Shown here piece after piece: positions 53,109 to 64,000 of a stretch of DNA of 64,000 nt. Position 1 is the stretch's first letter. Each line of letters starts with the position of its first letter. Made by a program: the position numbers and the translations under genes. The notes under the pieces were generated by a model that saw only the letters and a list, made by a program, of their open reading frames with translations, had not been told where the DNA came from and ran no database searches. This DNA is from the human T2T-CHM13v2.0 reference genome, Homo sapiens: assembly GCF_009914755.1 (NCBI RefSeq), contig NC_060926.1; one strand, given 5' to 3'.

Positions 53109-55149
53109 CTGGAGCAGGGGACCACATGTGCTCAGGTAGAGAAGCCTCCAAGCTCCAGATCCCCAGCTGCCCAGATGCTCGTGGCCCTGCCCACAGCCAA
53201 GGAGGTCTGTGAAGGGAGTCATTGGGCTGGGTTTTAATCCTCAGAACGCGAGCCAGATGCTTAACCAGAGAGATTCCCACCTTCGCACCCCACTTTCCTC
53301 ACCTATTTAGGACTTCCTGGTGGATCGGCGGGGAGGAGGACAGAGAAAATTGTTCCGCTGTTAATCTGCACCCTTACTGTACCTCTAAGAGGATGGTCTG
53401 GGGAAACACTTGTCACATCTGGAAAACATTTCCTTAATGGAAAGAGAGAACATTGTTAGCTATTCATGTGTGAACATACAGCTTTTTACCTCCCTTCTCT
53501 GAGCCATTTTTTTCCTCCATGTTAAATTATAGCACTTTCTTCTTGTCAAAGGGCCTGCGCTATACTTAATAAACTATCTAATTAATAAAATTTAATTTTA
53601 ATTTTAGAAAAGTCCCCTCCCTAGAGAAGCCTTCTCCCAAAATGAAGCTGTATTTCATTTTAAATTTATGATTAATTTTCATTATTCCTTTGGTAATAAT
53701 TCTAATGCTGAAATTTGTTATGCATCGTTTAAGGAGATTTTTGAATTAAAGATATTTGAATAGTCATTATTTTGCCATATAAATTTAGTTTTATGTATAT
53801 ATACTAAAATATATAACATTTTCAGAGTTATATGTGACAAAATACCTCTAAAATTTAGTTGTTAAGTATATTAAAACTACTTTCACCATGGAAAAAACCT
53901 ACAAGTAAACATAAAGATATTTTAGTGAGCTTAACTTTCTCAGAAATCACAAGTTCTGAGTCACATATCTGAAACGATGCTAACAATATTTAGGGCTTCC
54001 ACAAAACTCCATCTTGAGAGATTTTTGTCAAGTCTTTGGCTAATTAATACTCGAGGCACCCCGTTCACTAGGTTTTTCTGTGGTTTCATTGTCACTGATG
54101 CATATTAATGACATCAGACAAATAAAGTGTCTTTCGTAATTGCTTGTCTCAAAGCATTGTAAAAATCAAATATGGAATAATTAAAAATTCATTTACGGTT
54201 TGTGGCTGTGAATTTGACTGCTGGAAGGTTGAGTCGAAGGCCCATGAGTGTCCTTGATAAGTCTGTACAGTTGATTCCCAGTCCAGTAGCTGCCCCAGTC
54301 ATATTATATAGATGGCTTCAGTCAAGGGAGAGTGGGATGTTTTGAAATACAGCGTGATAACTGTGCATGTTAGCACAAATAGCCATTGAAAAGAACTGTT
54401 AGAATAACTGTTGACAGGAAAGACGGTTGGCTGTTTATTTTCCAAGATAAAAAATTAGGGTCAGGTGGTATTATCTATGTACTTTTCATTATTCATGCAA
54501 AACCAAACACCTTCAGCAGTAAGAATATTTTGTTTGTGAAACAGAAAACATTATTTCACTGACTGGGCCACTTTTGTTAAAAATATCTAATAGATACATG
54601 GTTGTTTTGAACTTTATAGGTCAATTTTAGATTTAATTACCTATTAAATTCCCAATCATGTATAGCATTTTGTGTTGTATTAACAAAATAGTAGATTCTC
54701 TGAAATTGTTTAATGTTTTAAAATTGTCTTGGTTAACTCAAGAATGGATAAAGTAATATAAGAACAGTCCAATTTATATGGTAGCATATTGAATTTTAAA
54801 TTCTATAGAGATTTATTAAAATTTACATTTTTTACATGAGTGCAATTACATTTTAAGTGATAAATAATCCAGAAGAGTGTATTTTATAAGGAAAATAAAT
54901 GAGAAAATATTTTCATTGTCTAAAGATGTAGTTTTTTTTTATGATAAAAAAGATTCACTGTAGGGAAACTGTAATTAGAACTAATTTATCCATTTGTTCA
55001 TGGAGTTCCCTTAATGAGCAAGAATGCCACATACTCTTAATTATCTGTAAATTTTGACCATTTACATAAATAATCCTTTTTAAATATGAGTAGGACTTAT
55101 GATACTAAGCCACTCTTGAGCTTTTACAATATGAATTAAGTTTCAGATT

Positions 55150-55920
55150 CTTCATTTGTCTGACATGTGTTTATTGAGTACCAGTAAACTTTAAAGTATT
55201 TTTCTAGATACAGTGGATGCATAGAACAATGAATGAAATGGATAAAAATCCCTGTTCTCTTGGTTTTAACATTTTAGTGAAGGCAGCCCACCTTAAAAAC
55301 AAGGAAATATGTAAATATGTAGTGTAAATATATAGCATGTTGCATAGGGTCATAAGTGATATAAAGAAATATGGAGTAGAGAGGGAAGTTAGAGCCAGAG
55401 GAGGACAATTTAAAATAATCATCAGGGAAGATTCTAAGAAGACCATAGTCAAAGCCTGGGAGCTAATGAGGAGTTGGTGGGTGGGTGGATCAGATAGGGC
55501 CTTGTAGGCTATTCTAAGAAATTTGGCTTTCATTCTCTAGTAGAAGCAGCTATGGAAGGATCTGTAGCTGAGGAATGACAAGGTCTTGTGGCACTGGGAG
55601 GTTGTGCAGGGTAGAAGCTAGGAGCCAGTGAAGAAACGTTAGATGTAATTGAGGGAAAACAGAATAGTGGCTTCTATTTTGGGTATTCAGGATGGATTGA
55701 TTTATTTCATGTGAGGAGTGAGAGGACCAGAACTAACAATAGGACCAATTTTTTTATCCTGGGCAACTGGAGGTATGAGTTGATTTGCTGAGCTGGGGAA
55801 TTCTATGGGAGTTGCAGGTTTGGTGAATGCTATCAGGAGTTTCGTTTGGGACATCTTGAGAATGAGTCTAAAATTTGAAATAGAGATCTGGACTGAGATG
55901 TAAATTTGGGAGTTCCATTT
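55150..55920 (-). mobile_element. L2 remnant
   Basis: TTCATTTG...TTTATTGAGTACC; GGGCCTTGTAGGC; GGCAACTGGAGG; GATGTAAATTTGGGAGT. Confidence 0.75.
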
Positions 55921-56622
55921 CTTTGTAATTTAGGAATAGAATACTAATGTTTTATAATTTTTATTTCTAATTTGGATCAGAAGAGTTTTAACTGACAGTG
56001 TAGCCAACGACAAGTATTTTCCTTTTATTCAGAGCATTTCATTTGTTGTTCAAATAAAAACTAATTGTTTTAGGATCTGAAAGGCTATTGGGGTTATTGT
56101 TATAAATTATTTCTGGCTACTGATTAATACAAAGTATTATTTTTCTTTAATTGTAAACTGACAATAGTAATAGTAAAAGTGATTGTATTTTTATTTTAAT
56201 CTGATTAAATATTAGAATTTGCAGTTTGGAATAGTGACAGGTTTTTTCTTAGATTAGTTCACAAAAGCTTGCATTATTGGTTATAGTAATTAAAGTTTAC
56301 AAAATTAAGAAAAGCTTTAGAGTACTTTGTAGCCTGATATATTCTTATTAAGTTTTGATGGGCATTCTGACATGAGGAGACAGTTTTTATGGAATGAAGT
56401 TAAACCAAGAAGAGATAAATGCTTACTTAAATTTGCAGAAGAAAATGTAAAATATATACCTTCAAATTTCTCCTTTGAGGACATTCTTAATGTAAGATGA
56501 AAGCTGTTGGATTTTAAACATTACAAACAGGCAACTTGTTTTTTCCACATTATAATGCTTGATAGTGTTCTTTCCTAAGGGAGAAATTTCTTTGCTAGAC
56601 TTGCTTTGAAACTTCACATTGA

Positions 56623-56985
<363 letters not shown>

Positions 56986-57264
56986 TTATAGAAAAATAAT
57001 AGTTTTAAGATACTCGATGTGCAGTTTGTTCTTTTTGAGGGATTTGGTGATTTTTCTGTTTCCAGTTGATGTGGTTATTTGTCCCAGTCTGAGTAATGTT
57101 TAGCCATTGCCCATGTTCTATCTAGTCCCAAGTACTTGATAGTTCGTCTGTGTTTCTGGTGATTTTTTTTTTTTCTGGCTCTGTGATCCTTGTGAATCAC
57201 CATCCTTGGTCCCATTATACCCAGTCTTCATTTAAAACTAACACTCAATACATCTTCACCCCAC

Positions 57265-57985
57265 CCTGACTTTTTTCCACATTTTATGAAAAATTTTAAA
57301 TATATAGAAAAGTTGAAATAAGTATGCAGTGAAGACCCATCTACTTAACACCTAGATTTGGCAAATAACATTGAACTCTATTTGCTTTATTACGTATCTA
57401 TTTCTCTGTTTCTGTAACCATCTTTCAAGGCGTCTTATTTTTTTATGCATTTCCAAGTAATTGCAGACATCCATACACTTCCCTCCTAAGTACTTTAGCA
57501 TGCATATCATTAGCAAGAGTTTCATATTATTTAAAGATCTTTATAAAGTAAAATTTACATATGATGAAATGCACAAATCTCAAGAACTTTTGATGAGTTT
57601 TGACAATGTATGTATCTGTGTCATGTAAACTCCTATCAAGATATGAAACACTGCAACCACTTCCGAAAATCACCTTTTCCCAGTCAATCCCTGACCCTCA
57701 AACCTCCCAACAGCAACCACTGTTTTGATTGTTTTCTACCATAAATTGGTTTTGCCTTGTTTAGAACTTCATGTAAGTGAAATTATATGGTATGTATTCA
57801 TTTGTATAAGGCTTCTTTGTTCAGCATGTTTTTGAGATTCACCGTTTAGTATATTTGTAGTTAGCTCCTTTCTAATGCTGGGTGATATTCCATTGTATGG
57901 AATATTCCAAAAGTTATTTATCCTTCCTCCTGATAATGGACATCTGGGATTTTTCCAGTTTTGATTTATTAATGAAATCAATATG
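57265..57985 (-). mobile_element. L1MC-like then L1ME/MB-like 3' fragments
   Basis: ATATAGAAAAGTTGAAA...CCTAAGTACTTTAGCATGCATATC; AAAATTTACATATGATGAAATGCACAAATCT...GATAATGGACATCTGGG. Confidence 0.75.
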
Positions 57986-58929
57986 ACCTTCTCCTTTTAA
58001 AATATGACTCTTCTTTCATCTAATAAGTAATCCTCTTCCCCTTCAAAACAGTCTTATTATCACCCATTCTTGTTTAAGGCAAGCCATACGTTGTAGCTTA
58101 TTTCTAGAAACACTGTGTATATAAGAGGCTTTTCTCGGAGACTTGAAATGAAAGGTTTTAGAAACATTTCTGTGCATCTCCGAGTTCTCTTTAGCTGTCT
58201 GTTCCAGACAGTCACTTTTTTTTTTCTAAAAGTCTTCCATTTAGACAGACACATGAATTTCTCTTGCAGACTCTGCCCTTTACATCTTATTTATTCCTAT
58301 AGTCATGTTAATTTGGAGACAATAGAAAAATTTTTCCTCTTTCATGCATAATGGATGGAAATGTGTGTAAAGAACAATTACGGTGTTCCAGGTAATTCTG
58401 TATCTATTGCCCCCTTCAGTTGAGAGTATGGCAAAACAAAAAGTCTTAAGGTTCAACAAAGCCTTCACCTTGAGGCTGTGGCCCATCAGGGTATGTTTGC
58501 TCTTTTGGGGTTAGTAAATGTATACACTTTCGAGCATTGAGCTTGATGTTACCTGTGGCAGTCACTTTTTGTAGAGAGAGGCTCTGCATGTATTTGCTAA
58601 CCACTTGGTATCAGAAGATTCCAATCGGATTTTTGTATTTCCCCTCAGAGTTTTCAAGAAGCAAACCACCAAGGGCATTATGATGTGTCCTTTTGTCTAA
58701 ACACCTTTTGGAGCGAAATCTGAGTACACAACCATGGCCTTATGCCCTGGAGTTTTACAGCTCTACGTTTGAGGCTAGGAAAGAAGATCTCAATTGAGGG
58801 TAGTGTAATATATTCTCTTTGAAAAAATTCCCTTCAAATACCTTTGTGCTCACACCAAAGAATTATTGTATTTGATTAAATGTAAGGCCAAGCATTCAAT
58901 TTTTGCATTTTCTTTTCTCTTGCTTGTGT

Positions 58930-59360
58930 TTTCAGCTAATATTGCAGAGCATTTTATTTACTCAACCAGATTGACAAGATTATAACTGGGAGCTGTGTGT
59001 GGAAGCCTCTAATTTTTCATAAGTAAATGAATTAATTTATCATCGCTGTTGTGTTTTATTGCTGTCTCTGTGCGAGACTGCCCTGCTCCTTTCTTCCCCC
59101 TTTTGCCTTCTAAACATTGGATCCATGTCATCGTGTTTGACAGGTTTCTGATTCCCCTGTCAGATGCAATTTGGTGCTAATCACATTTCCTTTGCTCAGT
59201 GTCAATGATACAAGCCATGCATAATATTCCTATATGTCCACTCACTCACTTGCAGTGCAGCTGGAATATCTTGGGCATTAATCTGAGAGAATGCTGCATT
59301 GAAATGCAAAAATGATGCTTGAGCACTAAGATAATGTGGTCAGGCAGATGTGCAATAGAT
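58930..59360. promoter_or_regulatory. Putative conserved non-coding element
   Basis: Repeat-free; GAATTAATTTAT, TAAACA, inverted TGACAGG/CCTGTCA pair, several retained CpGs; conservation inferred. Confidence 0.5.
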
Positions 59361-59899
59361 AAGTGAGGCTAAAGTGGTGATCTTTTCCTAAGCTTTGATG
59401 AATTTTATTTCATTTCTGAATATCTCTTTACAAACCTGAGACTATGTAATCAGTGCTGGTTCATTAGACCTTCCGCATTTTTAATAGAATTCATTCATTG
59501 TCCATGTGTGAAGAAATAAGAATTATTTTTCCCATTAAAAAGAAAGTTATAGGTGGTTATTTTTAATGTTGAAGAGTATCCCTGTCTAGATCATACACTC
59601 TATCAAATGCATGAAAGTAGCTAACAATCTAGAGAAATCTGTTAATAATAAGCCAGTTTCTAATCTAGATGAGGTCACAAACAATAGACCTTATGTTAGA
59701 TCATTTTAGACAAATATAATCAAAGTATAGTGGGAGGATTTGGATTGATTTGGAATGAGGGTGATTGTTTATTTTTTGAAGTCTAGTTAAGATGTTTTGA
59801 CAATTAGAGTAGGGTGGAAGAAGCACTCAAAAAAGAAAGGAATAAAAGCAAAATTAGAGACAGGAGAGGGTGGTGTTTATCAGTGAAATAGCAGTTATC

Positions 59900-60930
59900 C
59901 ATTTTGGTGGTAAATAGGACTAGAAAAGCATTTCAGGAGCATGTGAGAGAGGTCCTTATTTTATAGACAAGAGGGAATCTTTTTCTGTTATTGTTGGAGC
60001 AAGCCTGTGTCATGATTATATTTGAATTTTAGAAAGAAAAGTTTCATGGTAGTGTGGAAAAGAATTAGAGAAGAAACAGAAAGAGATATCAAATAGGGGA
60101 CTATTGCAATAAGTCAGATAAGAGGTGAGGGCCCAAAGTAGGAGGGTGGCAGTGGAAGTACAAAAGGTGTGACAGATGCAAAAGTTATTACAAACTAAAA
60201 TCTGCAGAGTTGTACAACTGTTGGGATGTTGCAGGCTGGGGGTGTGGCATGGTAAGGAGGGAAGAAAGAACCAAAATGCTTAGCAAGTTTCTGCATGGAA
60301 CAGGGTACTGTGGATTCTGATGCCTTTTAAGTGAGAAGACCAGCAGAAGTATGAGTGGGGTGAGATCATGAATTTAGTTTGCATTATGCTGAATTTGAGC
60401 TTCCCATGGGATATCTAAATGGCAAAGAACACTGGTTAGGATGTGGGGAGATTCAACGGCCATTTTCGTTTATGCAATAAATAATAGAAATCATGGGAAT
60501 GGTTGCTGTTATTTTCAGGGAGAGAATATAAAGCAAAAAGAGAAGCAAATAAGCAGTGAAACCTTGGAAGTAAGGCTAAAATGAAGGGAAAAGTTGTACC
60601 AAAGTGAACTGAGAAAAGACTGAAATAAGCAATTGTACAGAAAAGGGAAGGATTGTGGAAGCTGGTGGTAGAAGGTAGTCAACACTATCACATATGGTAG
60701 AGGAAGACTTAGGTAGTACTATTGAATGAATAAATGTAAGAAATTTTTTTTTCTTGGTATTATTTATACAGTGTTTAACAAGTTCCAGGCAGGTTCAGGG
60801 GAGTAGTAGAACGAAAAGTCATATTGCATTTGGTTGAGGAGCAAATCAGTGTTGTCACATTGGAAGCTGCTCATTGTTCACAACTCTTTGAAAGAAATTG
60901 GTGGTAAGGGAAGTAGGAAGACCATTGGGA
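59900..60930 (-). mobile_element. Highly diverged L2 remnant
   Basis: GGGGACTATTGCAATAAGTCAGATAAGAGGTGA...GGGTGGCAGTGGA; GCTGAATTTGAGCTTCCCATGGGATATC. Confidence 0.65.
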
Positions 60931-61789
60931 TTGTAGCTTAAAGGAAACGTGACTACAAAAAAAATACAGTTTTTTTTTTTCCTTTTAAAATAGGACATAC
61001 CTTCTCAAAGGAGTTGAGATATCACCCCCAAGGGGAACCAAGGAAGTTGATTCTTTGGGAACAAAAATATCTTAAATATTACAATGTTTGTGTCTCTCCA
61101 AATCTCCTCCTACCTGACAAAAATCGTAGTATTTAATTGATCTTGTTTGGTTTTTATTTGGGTATCACACAGGCAGCATTGACTGAGTTCATAAACGATA
61201 TAACATACCTTTTATGATATGAGATCAGTGTTCCAAAACTATGGTGCATATACAGCTTAGTTGTAGGACTCCATTTATTGCTAGATCTCAGAGTTGAAAC
61301 CTGAGAAGTGGCCTATGTCTGTCTGCCTCTTAGCTACCTCTGACTGCTTTGTGTTTATGTGTGACTCAGATTTTGAAAGTTAGATTAGTTTATATTTTAT
61401 TAATTGTAAAAATTATTCAACCCATTATTAATTATATCAAGTGCTGAGACGAGAAAGTATTGACAATATCTGAATGATTATCCAGTAGCCAGTTAAGTGA
61501 AAAATTACTTTCTTGTATTCATATCAACCAAAGGTTAAAGGTAAATTTACTGAAAATAAATTTAAAAAAATAATTTAATTGTTCAGTTGTTTTGCTTTTG
61601 CTGGGAAATAATTTTGAAGGACTGAAAAATTTGATTATATTGTCATTATTATGTATTTTTGTATATTTATTTGTATATTAAATTTGATACAGCACAACTT
61701 ATGTAAAATAAATTGCATTAATAGCTTTTTAATTTTTAATTAGATTTTAACTTAAAAATATATTCAGTCAGCCTTAACCCTATACTTAT

Positions 61790-61945
61790 TCTTTTTATGT
61801 ATTATATAAAGCCTAGATATATGTGCAGTACATCAGCAAATATACAATATATTAAAATTTCATATGGAGGTGGCAATTAGGAAGGCAATGTCTTAAAAAG
61901 GCTCTGGAGATTGGGTGGAAGAAAAAAGATTGAGAAATACTGGGA
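61790..61945. mobile_element. hAT-Charlie fragment (MER113-like)
   Basis: AAAAAGGCTC...GAAAAAAGATTGAGAAATACTG terminal motif. Confidence 0.45.
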
Positions 61946-63264
61946 TAGAGCAATCTTAATTATTGTTCCTATTTCAATTAAATAATTTTTTACCTGTGAG
62001 AGTCACTAAACAATATGACACCACTGATGCTAACTTTTAGAAAAAAGCAAGAAGGTAGCCTACTTTTGACACAGGTGCCTATAGAGGATATACTTTTATT
62101 GATAATTTTTATACACAGAGGTGATTGTGATTCACAAAAAATTATAGTCAATTTCAGTTGCAGTATGTTAAATTGGAAGTCAAATTTTAGTGATCCGAAT
62201 TGAATTTCAACATAATCTAGAATTTGTAGGACACTAAGGACATGTTACAACTGTGTTATTTGCCTTAGTGATATAGTATTTGATGCATGATATTTCAGGA
62301 AATATTTTATTAAACTCAGATTCTGTAAAAGCTGTAAAATGAAGGACTAAAACCACTGATGGTGAAATAGGATCTTGAGCAAATCAGATCTTATGAGTCT
62401 TGTTTTGAAACAGTTAAAGGGTGTAAGATGTGTGCTTTGACTGTGCAACCAAAACAGTGCAATCCCAATAAACATTAATCTGCAGGGAATTTTCAAAAAG
62501 GAGAAAGGTTACCCAAGGATAACATAGAACTAAAACATCATGGCTTTCACTGGGAGAAGATACTTTCTTCTTCATGCTGTTAGAATGTTAAGAGAATGAA
62601 ATCTTCCCATTCATTTGGTAATGGGACATTGATTATAACATTGGTAGCTGCTTGTAGCTTAATTCGATCTGAATCTTTGTAAAATTTCAAACTAGTATTA
62701 AAGGGGCATTAATTTTACAGATTTTTTCTTTTTAAATAAGGAAAAGTTACAAGCATATGTACAGCAATACCATGTATTAAAAATATATGAAGATATCAAT
62801 TAGTTACTACTAAAATTGTTAAAAAGTCATCTGTGAATAGTCTTTTGCAAGATTTGGCTCCCTCTCAAATATCTTCTGAAAATCTTTGTGAAAAATTATT
62901 ATTCAACAGTATCAGTCCCTACTGCTTGTACAATTCTGTAATAGAAATGCTGAATATTAGAAAATGAAAACAAAAAGCCTCTCCCAGCTTTTGGGGAGCT
63001 TTAAATTTAATGTAAAAGTTGGAAGGTACACACATCTAAAACTGTTCACAAACTGAAATAAGTGAAAATGCAATGCAAGTGATATATGTAAGTGCCGAAT
63101 TGGATTCACAGTAATGGAATGATCAGCGAGGCTAATAAAAGACAACTCTGCAAAAACTGTATATTGAGCAGGATTTTCAATAAAGAGAACAGTGTAAATT
63201 GAAAGAGAAGAAGAAATTCTGCCAACTGTAACATATGTACCTGAGCTATACACACACGCAATCT

Positions 63265-63375
63265 GATATATATGCATATACATGTATACATATGCATATA
63301 TGATATACATATATATCAGGTATATAAATATATGTGTATATACAGGTATCTATGTATATAAGATATATATGTGTA
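63265..63375. repeat. TA-rich low-complexity microsatellite
   Basis: Directly visible (TA)n/(TACA)n. Confidence 0.85.
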
Positions 63376-64000
63376 TCTCTCTGTCCCTGTCTCAGGCACA
63401 GGTAAAAGAAAACCCATAGCTGATGCAGATGTGGGAAGGGTAATCAATTATCTCTGAGTAATAGGTAGAAAACCCTGGGAAGAAATAAGCATGGAAAAGT
63501 GTAGTTACTTACTGTGTCTAAGCCTTGGCAGCTAGATAGCTTGAGACTCAAGGAGGAATTTTATCTTTCCTATGATGATGGTGGCTATGAAGAGAAATAA
63601 ATCAATTTTTATTGTTTTACTGAATGCATTGTTTAACTTTGTAGCTGGGATTGAGACAATGCCACCCTCCATCACCACCAAGCATCCCACCCTCTTTGAT
63701 GAGTAGTAGTCAGGTTTTGACCTTGTAATTGAGCTCCTTGAGTCCATGTGACGAAAACTGACTACCCTAAACAAGAGGAAATATATTGGAAAAAAACAAG
63801 GGCTTATAAAATAAATAGGGTGATGATTGAGAATTTAAAAATGAACAGGAATTACGGCAAGATGAGGAAACGAGTCAAAACTGTTTTTCAGAAGGAATAA
63901 GCTAGTCAGGATATAGTTCTGCAAGCAGACATCAGACTTTTCTCATCCTTGGGTCATTTCAGTGAGATTCACACCTCCAAGAGACATTATTGACTAAGCT

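Noticed and set aside
52687-53280. Longest ORF (197 aa, minus strand)
   Set aside because: Non-ATG start, no recognisable domain, composition reflects local GC/purine bias.
63267-63302. Palindrome ATATATGCATAT...ATATGCATATAT
   Set aside because: Expected in TA-rich low-complexity sequence.

Overview
Human, AT-rich, repeat-rich non-coding DNA. An AluYa5 with all five diagnostic bases supports human origin. I can find no convincing protein-coding exon, RNA gene or CRISPR array; the listed ORFs are repeat-derived or chance. The + strand looks T>A and G>C skewed (by eye, not counted) and the largest L1s are antisense, so this is probably the interior of a very long intron of a + strand gene that I cannot name. 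Content: 11 Alus, several L1s with readable target-site duplications (TSDs), two MER61-family ERV1 solo LTRs, old DNA transposons (MER8, MER20, MER5, MER33, MER45A, Charlie), L2/MIR remnants, and repeat-free blocks that resemble conserved developmental enhancers (best 29.06-29.93 kb and 58.93-59.36 kb). Most striking: an inverted MER33 pair (30706-30792 / 31988-32074) can form an ungapped 87-bp duplex in which all 11 differences are G-U wobble-compatible on the + strand only, suggesting a selected long-range RNA helix next to a putative conserved element and a candidate poison exon. Also notable: an 18-bp templated inverted insertion in an L1PB1, a complex twin-primed L1 inside MER8, and an internally deleted L1MA with both ends intact. 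Repeat subfamily names come from recalled consensus sequences and need RepeatMasker confirmation.
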